A stretch of DNA of 64,000 nucleotides, taken from contig CAVQBA010000006.1 of assembly GCA_963710605.1 (NCBI GenBank), positions 736,001-800,000 of the forward strand, written 5' to 3'. The stretch is from an uncultured cyanobacterium (GTDB lineage: Bacteria; Cyanobacteriota; Cyanobacteriia; Cyanobacteriales; Cyanobacteriaceae). Under the pieces are notes generated by a model. The model ran no database searches. It was not told the DNA's origin and saw only the letters and a list, made by a program, of their open reading frames with translations. This document shows, one piece after another, positions 19,025 through 29,790 of the stretch. The translations under genes were made by a program, and so were the position numbers. Each line of letters starts with the position of its first letter. The first letter of the stretch is position 1.

Positions 19025-19642
19025 TTACGGTGCAGGAGGCTCACTTGGGGGTTGCTCAGGAATCGGCACACCTGGCAGGGTAGAAGGCTGTTGTTGTTGG
19101 TTTTGAGGTGGAGTGTAATAAGGATTAAAAGGGGTAGCTGTTTGTGTTGGAGCGGAAGATTGCCCTGGTGTTGTCGCTAAAGCAACTTTTTCTCCACCTA
19201 CTTCTTTGAGCATATCTAATACTTGAATTACCTCACTGTATCTTACTTCTTGAGAAGCGTGAAGTACCATCAAACCCTCAGGATTGAGGCTATTATAATT
19301 TTTAGCCGCACTATAAAGTTGTACTTGACTAACTGGTCGTTGCTCTAGATATAATTGTCCTTGGTTATCTAAACTGACTACCAACATTTCTCTCATTTGA
19401 GGTGTGCCAGTTACCGCTTTTGGTAAATTTAAACTAATTGCCTGCTGACGAGAATAACCTACTGCCGCTAAGATAAAAAAGGTCAAAATACAGAAAATAA
19501 CATCAATCATTGGTACAATCTCAATTCGTACTTCCTGTTGACTTTGAACATCCTGCCAGAGCTTAAATGGTTTAATGGGTGATGGTTTTGGTAGATTTTG
19601 TGGCTCAGGGTTTTCGTCTGGTTTAGTAAATAGCTTTGTCAT
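19025..19642 (-). CDS. exbD: ExbD/TolR family protein
   Basis: IEIVPMIDVIFCILTFF; downstream of exbB. Confidence 0.9.
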   Translation of the reverse strand: MTKLFTKPDENPEPQNLPKPSPIKPFKLWQDVQSQQEVRIEIVPMIDVIFCILTFFILAAVGYSRQQAISLNLPKAVTGTPQMREMLVVSLDNQGQLYLEQRPVSQVQLYSAAKNYNSLNPEGLMVLHASQEVRYSEVIQVLDMLKEVGGEKVALATTPGQSSAPTQTATPFNPYYTPPQNQQQQPSTLPGVPIPEQPPSEPPAP

Positions 19643-19766
19643 TATATAAAAAATTAAAATATGATTAATTAAAGAAGATTACCTCTAAATCTAATCAAGA
19701 GGTGAAGATAATTAACGAGAATTGAACACAAATTATTAATTATTAATTGTTAATTATTAATTAATT

Positions 19767-20408
19767 TTAAACCATTAACTTTTGTCTTTGATTCCATCGT
19801 TGGCGATAAATCACCTCTAAATCACTAGCGGCTTTACGAAAAATACGTACTTGATTAAACCAAAAAGCTTGAAAAAGTCGATAAAAAACAACACTAATAA
19901 TTGCCACAATCAAACCAACAGCAGTTGAAATTAAAGATTCGCCAATCCCTAGAGTAACTCCGCTAGTTGAAGCTGTACCTAAATCTTCGATCGAAATTGA
20001 GCCTAATGAACGGATTAAACCTAAAACTGTACCTAGTAATCCTAATAAAGGTGATAATGCGATAATACCTTCTAAAACCTTGTCTCCTTTACGCATCAGT
20101 GCTAGCTCATCATCTGCCCCTGTTTCTAAAGATAAGTGAAAAACATCAGGATCTGGATTTTCTAATTGTAAAGGTTTGTTGAGTAGTTTACCTACGGGAT
20201 GATGACGGTAACGAGAGGCAATTTCTCCTGCTTTAACCCAGTTTGTGGTGGCGGCATCCATAACACTATTTAGTATTTGTTCTTCTTTTATCAAGACTCT
20301 TGACCAAAACCATAAACGTTCTAAAATAGTACCTATCGCAATAATAGATAAAAATAGTAACGGCCAAATAGAAACACCGCCTTTTTCAATTAACTCAGCT
20401 AAAGTCAC
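19767..20408 (-). CDS. exbB: MotA/TolQ/ExbB proton channel
   Basis: [27 protein letters not shown]. Confidence 0.92.
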   Translation of the reverse strand: MTLAELIEKGGVSIWPLLFLSIIAIGTILERLWFWSRVLIKEEQILNSVMDAATTNWVKAGEIASRYRHHPVGKLLNKPLQLENPDPDVFHLSLETGADDELALMRKGDKVLEGIIALSPLLGLLGTVLGLIRSLGSISIEDLGTASTSGVTLGIGESLISTAVGLIVAIISVVFYRLFQAFWFNQVRIFRKAASDLEVIYRQRWNQRQKLMV

Positions 20409-20562
20409 CTTGTCTAAATCTCCTGTATCAACAACTAATTTTTATTCTAAACACGAATAATTTTTGATCATAACAATTATTCATTTCTGGTTAAAATTGT
20501 AACCGAATTTTTACTTAAAGGTGTTAGTTAATTATTCATCCCTAATCCCTAACCCCTAATCT

Positions 20563-21729
20563 CTAATTCCTAATTTCTTCACTGCTAAATATTTGGCGGA
20601 AAAACTGTTGTCTTTGCTCAACTGACTCATCACCAAAATTCCATAAGCTCTCGTAGAAAAAGAAGGATACCCCTGCAAAGCCTTCTTCGTGCGAACGATC
20701 GATTTGCTGTTTTAATAGTTTTAGATTAGTAGGACGACCTTTTAACCCTGAGAGAATACCGATCGCTGTCGGGATATGAGCTTTGGCTAATTGCAAATCT
20801 TTTTGAGCTAATTCCCGATTAAAAGCTTCCATATTATTACGATATAACTGGACAATCAATTCTTCTACTAAACCTTTTCTTTCCCATTTTGCCCAATCTA
20901 ATAAAAATTCTTCTTTGGAGAATACCTGCGGATTAGGAGAAACCGAAATAACAACATTATTTTTAACTGCTTTGATTTGTCTAAATAACGTTTCCATATA
21001 AGCGGTGATTTTATCTGCTCGCCATTGTATCCACTCAGAATTTTTCTCGTCTGTTGGCGGTAATTTGCCATCATGTTCTTGTTGATAAAGATTGACGGTA
21101 TAAGCATCGTAACCTAAAACCGAAGGATAACCAAAATGATCATCAACTTGAATACCATCTATATCATAATTACGAACTAACTCTAAAAGTAAATCACTAA
21201 TAAAATTTTGGACTTCAGGATGGAGCGGATTTAACCAGACTCTTTCGTGTACTTTTCCTTCTAACCAGATAGTACTACCATCAACTCTTGTGGTTAACCA
21301 TTCAGGATGAAGTTTAGCTAATTGCGAATCTGCTGGTGCCATAAAGCCAAATTCAAACCAAGGTATCACCTTCATCTTTTTTTGATGCCCTTGTTCGATA
21401 ATTTCGGCTAAGACATCACGATTTTGTAATCCTTCGGTTGGGTCGATTTCGTACCCTGTAACTGATGAAGCTACTTGACTAGGATATAGTGTATGTCCCC
21501 AATTCCAAACCGTTGGATAAAGTCGATTGAACTGGTGTTTAGCAAGAGTCGCGATCGCTTCTGTGGTGTTTTCTGGGCTAAATAATATTTCACTATCAAT
21601 ATTTGTTAACCAAACACCTCTTATTTGTTTTTCGTATTTTGAAGTTTGAGCTATAGTATATCGTTGGGAGGTGGTGTAAATTACAACTACAGTCAGACAA
21701 AACAGAATAATTAATTTAAGCAATTTCAT
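20563..21729 (-). CDS. Glycosyl hydrolase-like 10 (DUF187) family protein
   Basis: IRGVWLTN, PWFEFG, WLNPLHPEVQ, DGIQVDDHF. Confidence 0.9.
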   Translation of the reverse strand: MKLLKLIILFCLTVVVIYTTSQRYTIAQTSKYEKQIRGVWLTNIDSEILFSPENTTEAIATLAKHQFNRLYPTVWNWGHTLYPSQVASSVTGYEIDPTEGLQNRDVLAEIIEQGHQKKMKVIPWFEFGFMAPADSQLAKLHPEWLTTRVDGSTIWLEGKVHERVWLNPLHPEVQNFISDLLLELVRNYDIDGIQVDDHFGYPSVLGYDAYTVNLYQQEHDGKLPPTDEKNSEWIQWRADKITAYMETLFRQIKAVKNNVVISVSPNPQVFSKEEFLLDWAKWERKGLVEELIVQLYRNNMEAFNRELAQKDLQLAKAHIPTAIGILSGLKGRPTNLKLLKQQIDRSHEEGFAGVSFFFYESLWNFGDESVEQRQQFFRQIFSSEEIRN

Positions 21730-21913
21730 GATGAATAAATAACGATCGCACTACAATGATATTTGTTGTTCTAGTAGATGTTGAATTAATTGTAAAAGTT
21801 TCGTGATAATGAATAATGAATCATTGTTTTAACTATTATGGCTTCAATTGAGAACAAAGAAGGCGATGCACTACCTACTGTAATCTTAAACATCATCACA
21901 ATATACTATTGTT

Positions 21914-22861
21914 CTAGATTTTGATTTGGGAATTTTGATTTAGGTGTTCTGAGTTTTGGGCTTCAGATTCTAGGTTTTGAGTTTGATTAGAATCGATCGA
22001 TAAAAATGGTTGATGTAAACTAATTAGATAAGCCAGAGTTTTTTTCAATTGAGTCCGAGAAACGATCGCATCGACAAAACCATGCTTGAGTAGATATTCC
22101 GCAGTTTGAAAATCATCAGGTAATTTTTCTCTTAAAGTTTGCTCAATCACTCTTCTACCAGCAAAAGCAATCATCGCACCGGGTTCGGCTAAAATCAAAT
22201 CTCCTAACATAGCAAAACTTGCTGTGACACCACCTGTAGTCGGATGGGTTAAAACAGGAATATATAATAATTTTTGTTCTTGATGGCGTTGCAAAGCACC
22301 TGAAATTTTTGCCATTTGCATCAAACTCAACATTCCTTCTTGCATTCTCGCCCCACCAGAGGCACAAACAATGACGACAGGAAAAGAATTAGCCGTAGCG
22401 TGTTCAATCAAACGAGTGAGTCTTTCACCCACAACCGAACCCATACTACCACCCATAAACCGAAAATCCATTACGCCTAAAGCGATCGGTAAACCATCAA
22501 TTGAGCCTATCCCCGTTTGTACCGCATCAGTTAAAGTTGTTTTGCTGTGTAAATCTTTAATTCGATCGCTATAACTTTTACGATCGTGAAAATTAAGTGG
22601 GTCAGTTGGTAACAAATGGCTATTAAGCGGTTGCCATGTCTGAGAATCAACTAATTGAGTAATTCGTTCATCGCTGGTTACTATCATATGATGCTCACAC
22701 TTAAGGCAGACCATATTATTAGTTTGTAAATCTTTGGTATAAGCTACCTCATTACATTTCGGACATTTTGTCCATAAACCATCAGCTATTTCCCTCTCTC
22801 GTTGTGGTTGTATCTCGGGTTCTGGTTTTCTCAAATTGTCGAACCATTCAAGTAAAGACAT
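21914..22861 (-). CDS. accD: Acetyl-CoA carboxylase carboxyltransferase beta subunit
   Basis: C4 zinc finger, [32 protein letters not shown]. Confidence 0.98.
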   Translation of the reverse strand: MSLLEWFDNLRKPEPEIQPQREREIADGLWTKCPKCNEVAYTKDLQTNNMVCLKCEHHMIVTSDERITQLVDSQTWQPLNSHLLPTDPLNFHDRKSYSDRIKDLHSKTTLTDAVQTGIGSIDGLPIALGVMDFRFMGGSMGSVVGERLTRLIEHATANSFPVVIVCASGGARMQEGMLSLMQMAKISGALQRHQEQKLLYIPVLTHPTTGGVTASFAMLGDLILAEPGAMIAFAGRRVIEQTLREKLPDDFQTAEYLLKHGFVDAIVSRTQLKKTLAYLISLHQPFLSIDSNQTQNLESEAQNSEHLNQNSQIKI

Positions 22862-23376
22862 GATTTAGGATTTTTTTGTCAAATTAAATTAAAAGAAACA
22901 CTTTGATACTTACAATTAAGTGATCCTCGAGTTGATGTTATTATCATTCAACTAATTCATTTTAATACAAATTGGTCATGCAACAATTGATAAGACTACT
23001 ACAAGTATTATTGCTAAGCTCTTCAATATTAATCTAATCAAGCATGAATTGGTCTTTATTTAGGGAAATTTTTTAAAGTATAGTTGGTTAAGCCCGATCG
23101 TTATCGACAACAATAGATAAACAAATATTTTCAACAATCATTGTAAGGCTTGCACCATCACCGTCTTTGTCATAACCAAAAATATTTAAAACGTAATTAC
23201 AATTTTATTTTTAACCTCTTTTCTCTTTTGATGATTCTTAATAATCCAAAATAGGTAATTGCGGTTAAACTAACAGCAATAAGTGATAAAAACTTCATCG
23301 TCTTCATTAAAAAAATCAGGTTAATATTAATACCTTGCCAAGCAAATAATCAAATTAACTACTTGGCAAGTAGTAC

Positions 23377-24544
23377 TTAAACCAGTTGTAAGTTATTAAT
23401 AAAGTTAGCCGAATTATTTACAGAAATAGGATCGATATTATTAATCGTCACTAACAAATTATCCAATTGATCAAAAATATCGGCATTACTTCCACTAGCC
23501 ATAATACTCAGATTCGTAAAAGTCAAACTATCTGTCAAACCTAAGCTATCAATACCTAACTCAAAATCAAAGATAAAATCTGAGCCTGTAACTGATTCGA
23601 GTGCGAATATATCCGCACCACCATTACCCGTGAGGGTGTCATCACCTTCTCCACCAAAGATAACATCGTTACCCGCACTGCCTATGATTTGGTCGTTTCC
23701 TGCTCCTCCTAAAAGAATATCGTTCCCATCGTTACCGCTAATGTAATCGATACCGCCGTCACCATCAATGTAATCGTCACCGACACCTCCAAAGAGATAA
23801 TCGGCATCTTCTCCGCCTTCGATGTTGTCATCTCCACCGTTGGCTAAGACGTAATTAACTCCATTGTTGGTGATAATACTTTCGTTTGCATTTCCTCCCG
23901 AAGCAAATTGATTATCTCCCACCACAGCTAATGGTTGAGTCACAATTATTTGAGTTTCAAGGGTTGTACTATCTTCCCCATCACTGGCTTGGATAGTTAG
24001 AGGTTCGGTAGAAGGGTTTGATTGTGCCGTACCTGTTAACTGTCTTGTTTGACTGTTATAACTTAACCAGTTGGGTTTTTGAGTTACATCGATCGTTAAT
24101 TCGTCTCCATCGGCATCGGTAAACAGATTAGAGGGTAAAGTGTAACTGTAGGATTGATTAATATCTGCTTGTAGATATATCAGAAGTTAATGGATCTGTA
24201 CCATACTGAGAAATTTTTATGAGAAAATCGTTTTCTTCTAATTCTATAATTGTGTTATTAGAATTAGAAATATCGGTTAATGTAATATTACCATCTGTTA
24301 CAATTTCATATATACCATCAGGAATATTTGTGCGAAAAAATTTATCGACAACCCCAAAAACAGATGGATAAGCATATCGACCACCACCATTAGTGAGATA
24401 ACTAGACATATTTAAAACAATAGGCTCAGGTCTAGAACCTGGTGCTCTAATATGTTGATTATAATCAGTCGTTGAAGGGTTACTTGTTCCAAAAACAAAA
24501 CGTCTTGTGAAATCTATTTCATCATAATCAATAAAGTTAGACAT
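23377..24544 (-). pseudogene. Broken RTX calcium-binding secreted protein (N-terminal ORF, Ig/cadherin-like domain, RTX repeats)
   Basis: The 23377-23943 frame (GGxGxD repeats) stays open upstream to about 24187 (YTLPSNLFTDADGDELT...PNWLSYN...LTGT) with no start codon and overlaps the end of ORF 24158-24544 out of frame. Confidence 0.75.
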
Positions 24545-24679
24545 ACTTATTAATATCTTAGTCTTGTAAAATTCATTAATTTTGATTTTATCATCTTAAT
24601 CATCTAATCATAAATTAGATCAACAAAGAATATTTGTACTTGTAATCATAATCATCTTTAACTACCGATATAAGTAAAA

Positions 24680-25711
24680 ATGAATACAATATTAATTTTA
24701 GTAAATACAATTTTTATATTTTTTATAGCATCATCTGTACGGGCAAAATCTTTTAATTCTTATTGTCTTTCAGAAATTACTAACAACATTGGAGCGATCG
24801 AAAATGAAAGAAAAAAAAGTAAACAAAAAAGCTCTATTTTTAATCAGTATATCAAAAATGTAGATGATAAGCTTTTGCAAATCAGACAAAAATATGAGTT
24901 GCCTGAATTATATGATAGTAGATGTTCTTATTTTATGAGGTGGTTAGGAGAGTGTAAATTTTCTACCTCAATTATATACAGCCCTAGTTTAGATCGAGTA
25001 TTTATTACTGGTTATTCGGCAATGATGTTTGGGCTTTCTCACAAAGTGACTTATGAAGTAACAAAAACTAATACCAAACTTTTACCTGAAAACATAAGTA
25101 AAAGTAAATTTTTAATTAATGATTTTCCTTCTTTAAATGGAGTTCTTTTTATCAGTTTTAAATTAAATCAAATTTTATTTTATGATGGCAAACAATTTTC
25201 CACTGTAATAGATAACTCTTTCTTTTTATATAATTCTCTTAAAAAAGAACAAGAAAATAAAACAAATAAAAATACACAACGAAATTTTAGTTTATACAAT
25301 GCCCAAAATAGAAGGGTTTTTCTTGTCAATAAAAATAACATTGCTTTTTTATGGGAAATAAAACCTAATCTCGATCTTAAGAAAATTTCGATTATAGAAA
25401 ATGAATCGAAACACTATCTGAATGAATTTTTTCTCTTCCCTAATAATTCAGAAGTTTGGGCAATACCACAATCGAGAAATAAAATATTTGTAGAAAGCGA
25501 AATAGGTTTACAGAATATTATTTCTATCTCAAAACCTTACATCATCGATCGTAATCATGGCATTTGGCAATCTAATGAAGATATTATTTATTTTGTTCTT
25601 ACAAACGATTCTTCTAAATCAAAGCGATATTATGCTATTGCTCCAAAATCTTTGGTTGAAAGTGAATGTATAGATGTTTTAGATACAGATAATCCTATTT
25701 CTATACCATAA
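24680..25711 (+). CDS. Hypothetical exported protein
   Basis: Signal-peptide-like N-terminus; very AT-rich. Confidence 0.7.
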   Translation: MNTILILVNTIFIFFIASSVRAKSFNSYCLSEITNNIGAIENERKKSKQKSSIFNQYIKNVDDKLLQIRQKYELPELYDSRCSYFMRWLGECKFSTSIIYSPSLDRVFITGYSAMMFGLSHKVTYEVTKTNTKLLPENISKSKFLINDFPSLNGVLFISFKLNQILFYDGKQFSTVIDNSFFLYNSLKKEQENKTNKNTQRNFSLYNAQNRRVFLVNKNNIAFLWEIKPNLDLKKISIIENESKHYLNEFFLFPNNSEVWAIPQSRNKIFVESEIGLQNIISISKPYIIDRNHGIWQSNEDIIYFVLTNDSSKSKRYYAIAPKSLVESECIDVLDTDNPISIP

Positions 25712-25761
25712 CTTAAAAATTTTAATTCAAACATAAACCGATCGATAAGTAAATAGCTTTT

Positions 25762-26169
25762 ATGCCTTTGTTTCCCAGAATATTAATATTAACCACATTT
25801 GCTCCAGCTATACTGATTATTGGAGTATTCCTTATAATTTTATTAACACCCTTTTTTCTTAGTTCACCTTTGTTTTTACTGGCACAAAAAATAGATAGTA
25901 TCAAAAATTTGTATATTTATTCTTCGCTAATCGGTGTAATTCTTTTTTCTTTGAGTTTTATACTATTTAGAATCCCCTTGAATCAAAATCATGCTCTATG
26001 GGCAATTTATCTATATCATTTAGATTTATCATTTTTATTTGGAATAGGTAGTAAGTATTTAATCCTTAAAAAAGTTAATGTGAAAAATGTTGAACGAAGT
26101 AAAAAAATTGCTAATGATCATTTTAAATTATTAGCAATTGTATCGGTAATATCATTAATATTTATCTAA
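25762..26169 (+). CDS. Hypothetical membrane protein
   Basis: 135 aa, about 4 hydrophobic segments. Confidence 0.55.
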   Translation: MPLFPRILILTTFAPAILIIGVFLIILLTPFFLSSPLFLLAQKIDSIKNLYIYSSLIGVILFSLSFILFRIPLNQNHALWAIYLYHLDLSFLFGIGSKYLILKKVNVKNVERSKKIANDHFKLLAIVSVISLIFI

Positions 26170-26273
26170 TTTTAATTGTTATAAATATATTATAATTTTT
26201 TTTGTATTTTTCCTTTTTATAATTGCTCGTTTAAATACATATAACCCTCTTTCTATACCATAATTGTAAATAA

Positions 26274-26740
26274 TTGAATGGTGCAATTTTTATTAATAAT
26301 GAATTAGAAGTTTTGCTTTATAATGGCGAAACAGCAACCAAGTTAATAGATAATTCTTTTGTTTCAAAAATAACCGATCGATCGAGAGAAGAATTTAAAA
26401 AAAAAATTCAACTTATTCTTGGTCTATACAAATTATCAATCAACGAGTTTTCATGTATAACCGTTATCTCAAAAGATATTTATTTGAGATTAAAGAAAAT
26501 CAAGAAGTTATTAAGACCAAATTGCTTAATTACAGTAAAAAATATGGTTTTCCTTTCATGACAACTTTTGCTAAAGACGATCGAATATGGTTATTTTCAA
26601 GTAATGATATATCAGTTGAAACAGACAATGGTTTACAGAATATAATTAGTATTGACGATCCTTTTTTAATTGATAATTGGAGTTATGGTGATATTTGGTA
26701 ATCGAATGAGAATATAGTTTATTTTCGTCTTAAAAATAAA
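26274..26740 (+). pseudogene. Fragmented paralog of the 24680-25711 gene
   Basis: NGAIFI..LLYNGE..LIDNSF and VETDNGLQNIISI..DIW*SNENIVYF match NGVLFI..LFYDGK..VIDNSF and VESEIGLQNIISI..GIWQSNEDIIYF. Confidence 0.75.
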
Positions 26741-27030
26741 AACTCTTCTTTGAAAGAAAAAAGACATGGCAAATTGATTCAAAACAACTGTTACTTTACT
26801 TTTCCTAAATTGAATTGATTTAATTGTGTAGGGGTTTATGCCATAAACCCTAATCTAATTTGTAAATTTCAAACAAACTTTTAAATTTTTCTTCCTTTAA
26901 CTTCTTTATTATTCAGTATTACGATCGATCGTCAATAAGATTAGCCCCGAAACGAATTTCGGGGTAAGTAATAAACCTCATTAAGTATGGTAGAAACTTC
27001 CCCTAGATATTGGTTAAGAGAAAGAACTTT

Positions 27031-27864
27031 TTACAATTGAGGCTCTAGACGAGCGTAAAATACACCACGAATTTTGACTTCTTCAGGCTCTTCTGCACCT
27101 AAGTCAGTAGAAGAAGGTTGCTCACTTTGAAACACACCTGAAATTTCACCTGTATCTGAATCTACTTTAGTAATTTGTAAAGAAATTTCACCTTTACTTG
27201 TATCAACTTGTTTGATGTTACTACGAGTGTAATCACCTTTATCTGAACCTGCGGGTAAAGCAACAGCGTTATCATAACCAGAGCTTAAACCACGACCTTT
27301 AGGATCTAAGAAAGTTGCACCACGATAAGAAGGAACTTTAAATTTACCTTCAAAATCAGCCGAAGTATTAATAGAAGTAAAACCGGGTTCACTAGTGGCA
27401 ACTAATTTTTTAATGGTAAAAAAGAACGGTACTTCTTCACCACCTGGTAGTAAGACAGTTGCAATTTGGAAATCAATACCATCAAATTCAGTGAAGGTTA
27501 AAACACCACTTTCATCGATGGTTAAACTTCCTCTCATTTGTTCTAAGCTACTGGTATCTCTAGTTAATAATTTACCTTCAACAAACTTAGCGTCTTGTCT
27601 TTTGTTAGTTGGTTCTTCTTTAACAAAATACTGTTGTGGTTCTAAACATAAATCAATAATGTCTAAAGGTTCATCGATGGAAATAGAAATACTACCACGA
27701 GTAAACTCAGAAATTTGAGGACATTTGTTAGCTAGTCCTGTATTGACAATTTCATCATAAGTATTAATTTTAGGATCATATGCTTGTGCTGGACCGTCAC
27801 CACAAGCGGTTAGAAATCCTGCGCATACCATCACCAAAGCAATTAATAGGCTGCGAAACCTCAT
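27031..27864 (-). CDS. psbO: Photosystem II manganese-stabilising protein
   Basis: TYDEIVNTGLANKCP, DGIDFQ, PGGEEVPF, FLDPKGRG, GYDNAVALP. Confidence 0.98.
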   Translation of the reverse strand: MRFRSLLIALVMVCAGFLTACGDGPAQAYDPKINTYDEIVNTGLANKCPQISEFTRGSISISIDEPLDIIDLCLEPQQYFVKEEPTNKRQDAKFVEGKLLTRDTSSLEQMRGSLTIDESGVLTFTEFDGIDFQIATVLLPGGEEVPFFFTIKKLVATSEPGFTSINTSADFEGKFKVPSYRGATFLDPKGRGLSSGYDNAVALPAGSDKGDYTRSNIKQVDTSKGEISLQITKVDSDTGEISGVFQSEQPSSTDLGAEEPEEVKIRGVFYARLEPQL

Positions 27865-28290
27865 TGTTCAACCTCTCTTTGTTAATTTTCGATTTTATTT
27901 TAATCTTAAGTGGTACTTATCCTGTATTATTATGTCCCCTTGAATTAATCAAAGGTTGAAATGAACAAGTATAGTTAGATTTATCGAGATCTACTTTACC
28001 AAATTAAGAGTCCTTATTAACAAAATTTATGGTATTTATTAATCATTTTTTACTTTCATCAGTTTTTTTGCTCAATAATTACAATTTTTAGCTGATTCTT
28101 GGTTTGGGAGCAACTAAAATCTTTTTTACTTTTATTTTAAATCTTTCAGATACACTGCCCTACTATTTTTTAGCCTAATAAATAACAAATTATCTTAATC
28201 TCTTAAATTAAAAACACGATCGATTTGATCTCAACTAACACTCAGCGGTTTTACCTCTATCTAGTGTTGATATCCTGTTTTATTACTTTG

Positions 28291-28308
28291 GTTACAAAAC
28301 TTTACTAA
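28291..28308. promoter_or_regulatory. HLR1-like (RpaB) motif
   Basis: GTTACAAA-AC-TTTACTAA versus (G/T)TTACA(T/A)(T/A)-N2-repeat, one mismatch. Confidence 0.5.
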
Positions 28309-28340
28309 AATAATCAAAGTGAATTAAGTAAAAATACTAT

Positions 28341-29357
28341 TTATTCAGGTGTAGGTTGTTCTTCTAGATGTTGTAAAAATTGAATTAATTGTTGATCAGA
28401 TAAAAGGTTACGAGATTTTTTACCATAAACTGAGACTAAATGTTTTTTACCATCATCGATCGTCCAACCTAAACGTTTCATTTCCAAAGTCGTTTGAGCC
28501 ATAATTTGATTAAAATCGACGTTAACAACTGCTTGTGTTGGTTCGTCGCTGGTAGTATTGTTTTGTTCTACAACAGGTTGCTTTTCTTCTTCGACATGAT
28601 TAATTTTATCTGTTGTACCATTGCCATTACTAGAGACATTATCAACTACAGTCAAATCTTCATTTGTGGTGGTTGAATCATCATTAGTAACCGAAAAATC
28701 TAATTGCGGTTGTACATCGTCGGTGTTGTCTTCCTCTTGATTAGTAATTTCAGTGGTGGGAGAAAATAAATTATCATCAACTAGATTGACAGGAGTTGTT
28801 AAAGAATTATCGATCGGAGTCGGTTTTGGTAATGTGTTACTCTTCAAATCAAGATTTGAAGGTTTGCTATCTTCTGTCTTTGTTGGCTCTACTACCTCTA
28901 ATTGAGCCGTAGAAAGTCGATCGTCTTTATTAACGACGGGGGAATTGTTTGGGGTGGAATCTACCTGCTCAGGCTCTTTTGTCTTTTGCTGAGCGACCGC
29001 TGGTGGTGGTGTAACTTCTGTTTGAGTTGTTGGTAATTTTACTTTGTCGTCGTCGGCTTGACTTCCTTGAGAATAAGTCGTTTGAGTTTTAGTTGTCGGT
29101 ACATTATTGGTTTGAGAAGGAGGAGTAATGGTTACTGCCTCTTGGGTGCTAATACTGGTCAAATTTAAATCAGTAGCCGATCGAATTAAAGACATAACTC
29201 TTCGACGGGCGTTATCTTCAGCTTTTTCTACCGTCAAATCACCTGCTAAAGCTGTACCTAAAATTACTTGATTAAGTTGAGCTGTTACCTTGACAATATA
29301 CTTGCCATGATCGATTATTACTAACTCACTAGTTAAAACTAATTGTGAAATACTCAT
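28341..29357 (-). CDS. Cyanobacterial hypothetical protein with two small domains and a long disordered linker
   Basis: N-terminal domain (HGKYIVKV...TVEKAEDNARRR) and C-terminal domain (EMKRLGWT...YGKKSRNLLSD). Confidence 0.8.
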   Translation of the reverse strand: MSISQLVLTSELVIIDHGKYIVKVTAQLNQVILGTALAGDLTVEKAEDNARRRVMSLIRSATDLNLTSISTQEAVTITPPSQTNNVPTTKTQTTYSQGSQADDDKVKLPTTQTEVTPPPAVAQQKTKEPEQVDSTPNNSPVVNKDDRLSTAQLEVVEPTKTEDSKPSNLDLKSNTLPKPTPIDNSLTTPVNLVDDNLFSPTTEITNQEEDNTDDVQPQLDFSVTNDDSTTTNEDLTVVDNVSSNGNGTTDKINHVEEEKQPVVEQNNTTSDEPTQAVVNVDFNQIMAQTTLEMKRLGWTIDDGKKHLVSVYGKKSRNLLSDQQLIQFLQHLEEQPTPE

Positions 29358-29790
29358 CTTTTTTTCTTTTTATTATTTCGGTAAATTAATTATGGCAATA
29401 CAATTATACTATCAAAACTAGGGTTAAGATTTAGAATGAAGCCAAAATAGGATATATTTATAGCAATGGGTAGTTAGTGACCATCAATTTAGAAATACGG
29501 AAGTTAGATTCAGTTACTTTTTATTATTATGAATTGAAAGTACACCAAAATGTCTGATAATAAGTGAGTAGTTTTTCATGAGGCAAGTCCTTAGCAAACA
29601 AATAAGCCAAAATCTTAGTTGACAATCGATAATTTGCGATCGTTTCCGTTTCGATAGAAACTATCAACTTAAATGTGTCTATTCACGAGCAAAGACTTAG
29701 TTATCAATAATCAATTATTGTCAGATTGCTCACTAATTAACATAACCATAATTTCAGAAATAATATTAAAGACAAGGATATTTATAGTAA

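Noticed and set aside
23197-23307. 36-aa hydrophobic minus-strand ORF (MKTMKFLSLIAV...)
   Set aside because: Too short, with no recognisable homology or RBS; cannot be supported
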